DNA of 64,000 nt from an uncultured bacterium (GTDB lineage: Bacteria; Omnitrophota; Omnitrophia; Omnitrophales; JACQLI01): positions 27,860 through 91,859 of the forward strand of contig CAYJTB010000001.1 of the NCBI GenBank assembly GCA_964372875.1, in the 5' to 3' direction. The first letter of the stretch is position 1. The number at the start of each line of letters is the position of its first letter. Made by a program: the position numbers and the translations under genes. The notes under the pieces were generated by a model. That model was not told the DNA's origin. It searched no databases and saw nothing but the letters and a program-made list of their open reading frames with translations. Shown in pieces: positions 9,658-18,300 of this stretch.

Positions 9658-10662
9658 TTGAAATCACAAGCATCTACTGGTTATAATGCTCCCATGTTGC
9701 GTCGTCTTGTCCTTACCCTAGGTTTTCTTATTTTAGGCACCCTTCCTGCCTGGGCCCAGAAGCAGCTTGTCGATCGGGTGGCCGCTGTTATCAACGACGA
9801 AGCCATTACCCAAAGCGAGCTAGAGATGTATCTGCGTCCCATTTATGAAGGCCTGAAACAGCAATTTGAAGGCGAAGAATTAATGAACCGCTTGAATGAG
9901 ACCCGGCTTAAACTTCTAAATCAAATGATCGAAGACCGTCTTGTTTTTCAAAAAGCCAAGGCCATGGAACTCAAAGCGGAGGACAGTGAGATTGAAGAAG
10001 AAGTGGATAGGCTCAAAAAGCGCTACCCTTCTGAGGAGGCCTTGGAAAAAGAAATGACGAGTCAGGGTTACAGCATGTCAGGGCTTCGGGAAAATATACG
10101 CCGGCAAATCCTCATTCGTAAACTTCAAGACATCGAAGTAAAGTCCCGCGTTATCGTCTCACCCCGCGAGATTGAAGAATATTACAAGTCGCATATCGGT
10201 GAATTCGAACAAGAATTAAGAATGAAGCTGCTTTCCATCACCATTCGTAAAAGTAAAGAGGCCGAGGAAAAAGGACTTGTGGATGAAGCGGCGAAGAAAA
10301 AAATCGAATCCGTTGAATTCCGGATCCGGAGTGGCGAAGACTTTGAGGATTTGGCCCGTCAATTCTCTGAAGATGCCCATGCAGCCGAGGGCGGCCAAGT
10401 CGGCTGGGTCCGTAAAGGCGAATTTCTTCCCTCCATCGAAAAAGCCCTTCACGAATTAAACCAAGGAGCGATTTCCCCAGTGCTGGAAACCGCGGCGGGT
10501 TACCATCTTTTTAGGGTGGAGGAAAAAGATCCCGGGAAGGTGAGTTCGTTGGAGGAAGTACGGGAGAAAATTCGTTCGGTCCTATTCCGCGAAAAGGCTG
10601 AAAAGCGTTTCAAGGAGTGGATGGAAGAATTAAAGACCCAAGCCTACATCTCGGTCCGGTGA
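9658..10662 (+). CDS. SurA-like periplasmic chaperone / parvulin-type peptidyl-prolyl isomerase
   Basis: Signal peptide (MLRRLVLTLGFLILGTLPAWAQ, probable start at 9694), SurA N-domain-like helical region, PpiC domain GGQVGWVRKGEF...GYHLFRVEEK; upstream of pdxA as in the surA-pdxA-rsmA cluster. Confidence 0.8.
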   Translation: MKSQASTGYNAPMLRRLVLTLGFLILGTLPAWAQKQLVDRVAAVINDEAITQSELEMYLRPIYEGLKQQFEGEELMNRLNETRLKLLNQMIEDRLVFQKAKAMELKAEDSEIEEEVDRLKKRYPSEEALEKEMTSQGYSMSGLRENIRRQILIRKLQDIEVKSRVIVSPREIEEYYKSHIGEFEQELRMKLLSITIRKSKEAEEKGLVDEAAKKKIESVEFRIRSGEDFEDLARQFSEDAHAAEGGQVGWVRKGEFLPSIEKALHELNQGAISPVLETAAGYHLFRVEEKDPGKVSSLEEVREKIRSVLFREKAEKRFKEWMEELKTQAYISVR

Positions 10663-10671
10663 CGCCTGGCC

Positions 10672-11721
10672 GTGTTGCAAAAACCCATCATTGCGATCAC
10701 ACAGGGCGATCCCGGCGGGGTCGGTCCCGAAATCATCGCAAAGTCCCTCCAGCATCCTGAAAATTTTTCCGGCGTTTTTCTTCTTCTGATCGGCACCGCC
10801 GTGGTTTTTGAATTTGTCCAAGAAGAATTTGGCATCAAACTCCCTTTAAATCCCATCCCGACCTTGGATCCCCAATTTTTAAGAGACGATTCGCTTAATT
10901 TTTTGGATGTGACGGAAGAAGCGGGATGGCTTTTAAAAAAACACTCCCTGCCCCAGCCCGATGAAAATAATCTTTTTGATATCGGCAAAGTGTCTGCGAC
11001 TAACGCAGCCATGGCCTTGGCGGCCTTGAAGGCCGGGGCGTACCAGGCAGCCACGGGTCTTGTCAATGGACTTGTCACAGCACCTGTGAATAAAGAAGCC
11101 ATTCGACTTCTCGAGCCCAAATTTGTGGGGCATACGGAATATCTGGCCAGAATCGCCCGCACCAAAGAATTCGCCATGATGTTTCTCAAAGCTAAGGACG
11201 AGAGTTCGGGACCTTTGCGGGTGACACTCGTGACCATTCATGTCCCTTTAAAAAAAGTTTCCCGGCTCGTCACTGAAGATGCCATTTTAGAAAAAATCCG
11301 TCTCACACATCAGTTCTTAAAAACCCGCCTTAAAATCGCCAAGCCCCGAATCGGTGTTTCGGCTTTAAATCCGCACGGTCATGAGACGGGGGACGAAGAG
11401 GAAAGAGTGATTTTTCCGGCCATCAAAAAGGCCCAAGAGGAAAATATCTTGGCAAAGGGTCCGGTTTCAGGCGACCGGATTTTTTACGATGCCTCCAAGG
11501 GAATTTATGATGCGGTTATCTCGATGTATCACGACCAGGCGCTGGCGCCCTTTAAATTGGCGGCCTTTGAAACAGGTGTGAATTTAACGCTGGGGCTTCC
11601 CTATGTGCGCACATCGCCTGACCACGGAACCGCCTTTGATATTGCCTACCAGGGAAATGCCAATCCCAAATCCATACAAGCGGCTCTCGCGTTGGCAATT
11701 CAGCTTGTGAAGGTTCGCTGA
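10672..11721 (+). CDS. pdxA: 4-hydroxythreonine-4-phosphate dehydrogenase PdxA
   Basis: ITQGDPGGVGPEI, HGHETGDEE, metal-binding His residues, SPDHGTAFDIA. Confidence 0.9.
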   Translation: MLQKPIIAITQGDPGGVGPEIIAKSLQHPENFSGVFLLLIGTAVVFEFVQEEFGIKLPLNPIPTLDPQFLRDDSLNFLDVTEEAGWLLKKHSLPQPDENNLFDIGKVSATNAAMALAALKAGAYQAATGLVNGLVTAPVNKEAIRLLEPKFVGHTEYLARIARTKEFAMMFLKAKDESSGPLRVTLVTIHVPLKKVSRLVTEDAILEKIRLTHQFLKTRLKIAKPRIGVSALNPHGHETGDEEERVIFPAIKKAQEENILAKGPVSGDRIFYDASKGIYDAVISMYHDQALAPFKLAAFETGVNLTLGLPYVRTSPDHGTAFDIAYQGNANPKSIQAALALAIQLVKVR

Positions 11722-11744
11722 TTTATTTAAATTAAAAGAACTCC

Positions 11745-11877
11745 GTCATCCTGAATGAAGCGACACGTCTTCGAGTGCGGCAAAGCCGCGAAGCCGTGAG
11801 GATCTGCCTTGAGATTCTTTCCGCCAAAGGCGGGCCCGCCTCTGGCGGGCGGCCATAGCCCTCGGCCTCAGAATGAC
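11745..11877. repeat. palindromic MITE-like element with imperfect terminal inverted repeats (GTCATCCTGA ... TCAGAATGAC), GC-rich internal hairpins
   Basis: Convergent intergenic region between pdxA(+) and GT2(-); TIRs related to the GTCATTGCGAGG family found in-frame in tsaD/larB/rsmA. Confidence 0.55.
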
Positions 11878-11884
11878 AGTTTGG

Positions 11885-13594
11885 TTAGTAAACCCGGGCG
11901 GCCCTTCTCTTTTTATTCTTTCCGCCTTTAGGCGCGACAAAAAATTCCATGTATTGGCCGAGGGCCAGGCGTGTCTGTGCATCGAGCGCAGGGACAGCAC
12001 CGAAGATGGTGGCAATGGCCGGGACAAGAAGCCATTGAAGAGCCAAGAAAATCTTTTCATAGAAGGGGACTTTCTTGGGGCGTTTGGGCAGGAGATAAAA
12101 ACTCAGGATAATCGAAATCACAAGGCTTGCGATAGCCATGTTGCAGATGACACCTGCCACCCGAGGCGCATTAAAGTGGGCGACGGTCAAATTGAATTCG
12201 TAATTGGGAACAAGGGCAGGCGCCCAGCTTAAGATCATCATGATGGGGGTCCAGGTGGCCCACGAGACATTCATCTCAAGAAGACGCAGCGCTCGTTTAA
12301 ATTTAAGCCAAAACGGGATCTCCTGATGCTTCAGCATGCCCCTCACGAGAATAGGAAAATTTTCGACCCCCCATGCCCAGCGTCTTTTTTGCCGGTAAAT
12401 GGATTGGCAGGTTTTCCACAAGTTCTCACCGATTGCCACATCCATCGACAACGTAACATAAAGAGGCTCCACCCGGTAATCGCCGTTAAAAATAAGAAAG
12501 GCCTTCCAGAAAATGGCAGAATCATCGGAAACCAGATCCACCGGCCAGTAACCTACTTCGACAAGCGCCTGAAAGCTCATGCTATGGCTTGAAAAGGTAA
12601 CCAAGTGGTCCGGGTCAGTGACTTCGATCAGCTGAAAATAAGAAGACCCTGTTTCTAACACTTGGGCAAAAGAGGGGGCCTCCCAGAGATTGTTATGATA
12701 AACGGGGATGGGCTGAAAACTGGTCCGGGTCCGTTTGGGATGAATCAAATAATTATAGGTGAGGCAAGAAAAATATTCGGTACTTACGACCGTATCCGAG
12801 TCAAAACAGGAAACCACAATGTGATCGAGCGGAGTCCCGCGCGCCTCGAAAAATTTCTTGGCCCAACGCGCGGCATACGTGGCGTTGGCGCCTTTGACCG
12901 CCGCCTCTCCTGGGAGCCCATCGGGATGAATACAGTTTTCAAAGTGGAGGAAATCTTTCGCGTATTCTTCTTTTAAGACCTCCGCAATACGGACCGCCTC
13001 TTTTCCTCCGCGTTCCTCAATCGCAAGGACCACCACGATGTGGTTTTTGGGATAATTCGTTTGTCTTAAAGCCTCAAGCGTGGGTTCTAAGACACTCAGA
13101 CCTTCCCAGAGATAGGGAATAATCACGAGATGATAGATATCTTTTGGATTGGGAAAATGGATTTTATCATGTTGGAGGCGTTTCAAAGTTGCGAGATGCC
13201 TTTTTTCTGAAAAATGAATTTTCCAACCAAGCTTGGGATCGCGAATCCTTTTTTGTGTCCTCGTTATGGCGCTCTCTAAATGGAGAAAATCTTGCAGCCG
13301 GTCAAACCATTGAGCGGTTCGTTCAATTTCAAGAAGCACATAAGAGAGCACCAAAAAAATGGTGAAATAAACCAGCCGGAAAAGCCAGTAGAGATCGAAA
13401 AGAATAACCGTCACAACCCCGGCGACCGGGGCCAAGATACATACGAGTGTAAAGGAAATAAGAAGACTCCAGCTAAGCACGGCGGGGAGGATTTCCAGGC
13501 CACGCTCCAACCGCCCTTCGTTTTTACCCAGATTGTGGCGGGAATATTCAAATTTCATGGAGAATCCTTGGAGGCCGCGGAGGCGGAAACCCAA
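11885..13594 (-). CDS. membrane-bound processive family-2 glycosyltransferase (cellulose/glucan synthase-like)
   Basis: N-terminal TM helices, D...DxD (CFDSDT)...SDD and Q(R/Q)xRW motif (YRQKRRWAWG), C-terminal TM bundle. Confidence 0.8.
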   Translation of the reverse strand: MGFRLRGLQGFSMKFEYSRHNLGKNEGRLERGLEILPAVLSWSLLISFTLVCILAPVAGVVTVILFDLYWLFRLVYFTIFLVLSYVLLEIERTAQWFDRLQDFLHLESAITRTQKRIRDPKLGWKIHFSEKRHLATLKRLQHDKIHFPNPKDIYHLVIIPYLWEGLSVLEPTLEALRQTNYPKNHIVVVLAIEERGGKEAVRIAEVLKEEYAKDFLHFENCIHPDGLPGEAAVKGANATYAARWAKKFFEARGTPLDHIVVSCFDSDTVVSTEYFSCLTYNYLIHPKRTRTSFQPIPVYHNNLWEAPSFAQVLETGSSYFQLIEVTDPDHLVTFSSHSMSFQALVEVGYWPVDLVSDDSAIFWKAFLIFNGDYRVEPLYVTLSMDVAIGENLWKTCQSIYRQKRRWAWGVENFPILVRGMLKHQEIPFWLKFKRALRLLEMNVSWATWTPIMMILSWAPALVPNYEFNLTVAHFNAPRVAGVICNMAIASLVISIILSFYLLPKRPKKVPFYEKIFLALQWLLVPAIATIFGAVPALDAQTRLALGQYMEFFVAPKGGKNKKRRAARVY

Positions 13595-15036
13595 TCATCT
13601 ACCAACCGGGGAAGAATATTTGCCGGCTCGAAAAGCTGGATCCGTGACAATCGGCGGGTAAGGGGATCCGCAAAATAAACAAACCCCCGTCTTTCATCCA
13701 AAGCAATTTGAGGGACTCTTTTTGAAATTTGGAAGAGAGGAACCGCTTGGCCATTGCCTTCAAAATCCAACACCTTTACCCAGCCGCCTTCTACAAATAA
13801 AAGATAATTGTCATTGTAAAACCAAGTGAGATTAGAAATTTTTTGCTCTCCCTGATAAATTTTTCGGGGGGAAACGCCGGTTTGGAAAAATTCTTTTTCC
13901 GGTTCACGCTCAAAATCGACCAGCCAAAGTTCAGAATCTTTCCGGTAGACAGCCCGCCTGTTGAAAACGGCCGTGACCACTTCCTCCACTCTCTTGTCCA
14001 GGTAATAGGGAAGCCGGTTGGAAAAAAGCTTGCCTTGATCCGACAAGAAAAGAGCAAACGCCTCATGAAGCGGAGTGAAGATAAAAGGCCGGGAGAGAAA
14101 ATAGAAGGAATAGCGTTCCCCCTCGTCAGGACCGAAAATAAGGTGCGCCTTGGCGGCCGTGCCCAATAACGTTTTCCGGATTTCCCCTTTTTCAGTTAAT
14201 TCGAATAAACGTCTTCGGGCATCCATCACAAAAAGTTTGCGTCTGTCCGTGGTATAGCCCCGAATCCCGCCCTGCACATCAAAGAGAGGAAACCGTTCTT
14301 CAAAATCCATTTTTTTGAGGGTATCGCCTTGAAGATAAAAGAGTGCATTTTTTTGAGAGGGGCCCCAACGAAACTTATCGAAGGGTTCCTGGAGACTTCC
14401 AGCAAGCGGAGTCAGTTCCATGGGACTCAGGAATTTCACAAGAAAAGGACGAATGCCTTCTTTTTGTTTCATGAAGGCCACGGCCTTTTCGCCTAAGGGA
14501 TGCATCAGGACTTCTCCCACTGGGAAATCATATTCGCCTGAAAAATTGGGGAAAATAGGCTCGAGTTGATTTCGCTCAGGTTCAAAAAGATAGAGCCCGG
14601 AGACGTGATCGCCTTGAAGGACTACAAGTTTTCTTGTCTGTGCAGCGTGCCAGATTTTTGTGATGGGAAAATCCGTGAGCTTCTCCGAATCAAACTGAGT
14701 GGGGAAGAGCAAAATATTTTCAAAAGAAAGGACCTTATCGGCTTTGACCTCCACTTGTTTTTGCCAAGGATGCATTCCCGGCAGGCTCAAGTGAAGGTTA
14801 TAAAAACCGGATTTAAGATTACGAATGACGACAGGGGTGGTGTCTTTCAAGACCCGGTGATTGAGCTCAACCTGGGCTTGGGAGGGGTGTGAATTAAGGC
14901 TGATCAGGCCGGTGAGGAGAAGCTTGGAATGGCTGGGGCTGAAAATATAGCCCAAGGCATAGAGCACGGTCAAAGGTGCTATCACAAGGTAGGCTACGGT
15001 AAAAACCAAGAAGATTGCTTTACGTAAAATTCCCAT
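13555..15036 (-). CDS. hypothetical N-terminally membrane-anchored protein, upstream partner of the GT2 synthase (40-nt overlap)
   Basis: 493 aa; single N-terminal TM (FLVFTVAYLVIAPLTVLYALGYIF) then large extracytoplasmic domain; operon with GT2; no recognisable family by eye. Confidence 0.5.
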   Translation of the reverse strand: MGILRKAIFLVFTVAYLVIAPLTVLYALGYIFSPSHSKLLLTGLISLNSHPSQAQVELNHRVLKDTTPVVIRNLKSGFYNLHLSLPGMHPWQKQVEVKADKVLSFENILLFPTQFDSEKLTDFPITKIWHAAQTRKLVVLQGDHVSGLYLFEPERNQLEPIFPNFSGEYDFPVGEVLMHPLGEKAVAFMKQKEGIRPFLVKFLSPMELTPLAGSLQEPFDKFRWGPSQKNALFYLQGDTLKKMDFEERFPLFDVQGGIRGYTTDRRKLFVMDARRRLFELTEKGEIRKTLLGTAAKAHLIFGPDEGERYSFYFLSRPFIFTPLHEAFALFLSDQGKLFSNRLPYYLDKRVEEVVTAVFNRRAVYRKDSELWLVDFEREPEKEFFQTGVSPRKIYQGEQKISNLTWFYNDNYLLFVEGGWVKVLDFEGNGQAVPLFQISKRVPQIALDERRGFVYFADPLTRRLSRIQLFEPANILPRLVDDWVSASAASKDSP

Positions 15037-15087
15037 GTTGTTCTAACTCCCTATTGGGCCTCATTTTATGCTACTTGGGGGTCATTT

Positions 15088-15116
15088 GACAAGTTACGTT
15101 CCAGAGGGTATCTTTT
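15088..15116 (+). promoter_or_regulatory. sigma70-like promoter (TTGACA-17-TATCTT) in divergent region upstream of giant gene
   Basis: ttgacaagttacgttccagagggtatctt. Confidence 0.4.
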
Positions 15117-15211
15117 GTTACAGTGAAAGAAACTCTTAAGTGAATGTTCCTAAGGGGTTAGCACCTCGACTCTATTGATTTTTTTGGGGTATGCTCGGTG
15201 CTATGGTGAGC

Positions 15212-15240
15212 GAGATTGAAATTGGCGGTGCCAATTTCAA
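15212..15240. promoter_or_regulatory. perfect 12-bp-stem palindrome (gattgaaattgg cggtg ccaatttcaatc) in the leader of the giant gene
   Basis: Seen directly; 76 nt upstream of the ATG at 15316; possible operator or RNA hairpin. Confidence 0.5.
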
Positions 15241-15315
15241 TCGTGTCGAACCATTAGCAACAACTCCAGGGAATTTTTTTACTCTGTAATTCAGACCTTT
15301 AGGAAAGATTAAACT

Positions 15316-18300
15316 ATGACCCTACGCGCGAAAAATTTTTATCTACGCACTGTCGCAGCTTTCACCGCAATCATTTTTTGCTGGAATAGCCTTGCTTGGC
15401 CGCTTCCCGAGGTTGCGGTTCCCCAGGCCGGCAAAACTTTCGATCTCATTCCAAAAGAACTCGGAACCGTCGATGAATACGAACTGCCGGACGCTTCACA
15501 TTCCGCACCCTTTGTCATACATATTCAAGATCTCCACGCAGCACCCGAAGCTCAAGAAAAAATCCTGGACATTCTTAAATTTTTACATTCAAAAAAGAAA
15601 CTTCTCGTAGCGGTCGAAGGAGCCGCCGGAACGCTTCATCCTGAGTATTTAGATTTCTTTCCGCAATACCCGCGTGTCACAAACGCACTCGTTCAAGATT
15701 TGGTAAGTGAGAGCATGCTTACAGGGCCGGCGTTATTCGCATGGGAGAGGTATGAGAGTAAGCCGTCATTGCACCCGTCATTGCGAGGACGTAAGTCCGA
15801 AGCAATCTCAAATCCTAGATTGCTTCGTCGGGCCTTTGGCCCTCCTCACAATGACAATAGCGTCCAATTCATAGGCGTCGAGACGCCGCGTCTTTATCGC
15901 GAAAACCTTAAAGCCTATCGCGATTTTTTCCAGGATGAAGAAAAAAATCAGCAGGATTTGAAATCTTTCCAAACCTCATTGGAATCGGCCCAAACGAAGA
16001 TTTTCAATCCTGATTTGAGGAAATTTGTCCAAGAAGTCCAGAGACGTAAAGATGGAAAGTTTCAATCGGGAAAGGCCTCGCCCGATCTTGCGGCTTACAT
16101 TCGCTTTCTCGCGGATTCAAGCCGAGATCATTTGGGAGTTGATCTAAGAGATAAATTCGAACAGATCCGTTTTCCCAATCTAACCCGCATTCTTTTCTTG
16201 ATGGAATTCGAATCAAAAATCACTGCTCACCAGCGCCGGGTTCTGCATTCTGAAATTGAATCCAAAAAACTTTTTGATGAAATCACACTTCTCGAAACAA
16301 GACTGCGGCAAATACTGGTTAAAAAGCCGGAAGAAACAAAACTTCTTGAGATCCTTGATGATTTCAAGTTGCTTGAGAAGTTATTCCATTTGGAACTGAC
16401 TCGCGAGGAATATTACCAAGTCGTCAACAGGGTTTTGGAAATCAATCCGTCGAATTTACATCAGCGTTTGGCAACCATTGCTGAGATTGCTTCGACCTCG
16501 TCTGAAATGTTGTCTCGCAATGACGCCGATTACGAAACTGCTCTGCGTTTTTACCGCTTAGCCATTCGCAGAGACAAAGCCCTTCTTGAAAATGCCTTGC
16601 GAGAGGCAGCTAAAACGGAGAACTCGTCTCAAGAAAAACCACTCATCGTTCTTGTTACCGGCGGTTTTCACACTTCAGGGGTGAGCGAGCTTCTCAAAGA
16701 AAAGAAAATTCCTTACGCCGTCGTCACGCCTGCCTTAGCAAAAACCAAAGCCAATCAAGACCAATATCACAAACTGATGTCCGGCAAAATGTTCGCCAAA
16801 GAAGCCTCAAGCGCTTCGCCCAAGAATAACAATCTGGTGTGGGCGCAGATTCTTACAGCAAGAGATCGGTACCCGAGCCTCAATTCCGACGAGGATCAGC
16901 AAAAAATATTTTCCCACGCGACTGAAAAGTCCGGCGAGTATTTTCGAAAATTCTATCCCCAAATCTCCGAACCCAAACTGCAAGAACTTTTATCTCGCCC
17001 CGCCGGATTCTTTTCGCAAATCTCCCGTTCCGAATTGCAAAGTAGGAGCCAGATTACGAATTCGGCCATCGATGGCCGAATTGGCGGGAAAAGGGTACTG
17101 CCTTCACGTTTTCCGCGCTCGGAAGTGCGGGCGGTAGAACAGCGATTAGAAGTCAGTGGTCAGAAGACAGAAGGCTGGAGTTCAAAGATAGGAAAAATTA
17201 TCAGGAATGGCAGCGATTTTGGACTATCGAGGGTTTTCCAGCGTAGTCAGGCGAAGAATTATCGAATTCCAAGCCGCTTAGAAAAATCTCGAGGTGAAAG
17301 AATAGAAATCTCTTTAAAGGTTTTCATCGATAGCAGATCGTGGTCTCCTGTGACAATGATCGTTGCTTTAGCTGAAAGAGCGCATTCCAGCACGGCATCA
17401 TCGTCCGGGTCACGGCAGGCCTTTACCTTTGTTTTAGGTTTGACTATCAAAGCTTTCATATGGATCAATGAAATCATTTCTTCAAGCATTTCAGGCGTGA
17501 TCCATTTCTTGAGTTTAGGTTTTTCCAGTGAGCGAAGAAAGTCTTCCAGTAAGGCCGGAGATAAAGCCGCAATGAACTTGTCTTCTTCCAGGGATTCCAG
17601 AATCGAACGGCAAACGCCCGGAAAGGCGAGTCCGCTCACCAGCACATTCACATCAAGAACGACCCGACGCATACCGTTCCTGCCGGGCTTGCTTGACCAG
17701 ATTCAGAAGCTCTTTTCGGCTGAGAGGGTGTTTCTTTCGGCTTTTATCAACTTTGCGGGTCAGAGAACGGAAGCGTTCTCCCCAGGTCTTATGTTCAAGA
17801 CGACGGATCAGGGTAATGCGGTCACGGGATTTCAATTGATTGATCATGCGCTCAATTTGTTGAATGTCTACTTCCACGGCAATCTTAGGCATAGGATTTT
17901 ATCCTCCTCTTCGAATCAGTATAATTTATCGGCCTTGGCGGATCAAAATCAAAACATTTCTTCCGTTAAGCCTTCTAAGCAAAGTTCGACAGAACCGAGC
18001 CGAAGGGCCGCTTCCGGCCCCGAGAGCCGTCAGTCTCCGATCCTAAGCGTCGATAGACCCGGAGGGGCCCGTGGGGAGGTGCGGGCAAAAGAACAGAGGT
18101 CAGAAGTCAGAGAGCAGAGGATAGAGGTCATAAGTCAGAGATCAGAAGGAAAAATTACTTCGAGTGGCGGCGATTTTGGTAGCGTTCGATCAGGTACATC
18201 ACGCCCCAGGCAAGAAATATCAAAACCAAAACAAGAGACACGGTTATCACGTTTTATTTACCCCTTTTCCGAATCTCTTGGGCAAGCCATCCAAGAAATA

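Noticed and set aside
10644-11237. 197-aa minus-strand ORF inside pdxA
   Set aside because: Antisense shadow ORF of pdxA; no family resemblance.
12326-12976. Plus-strand ORFs 12326-12592 and 12662-12976
   Set aside because: Inside and antisense to the well-supported GT2 synthase gene on the minus strand.
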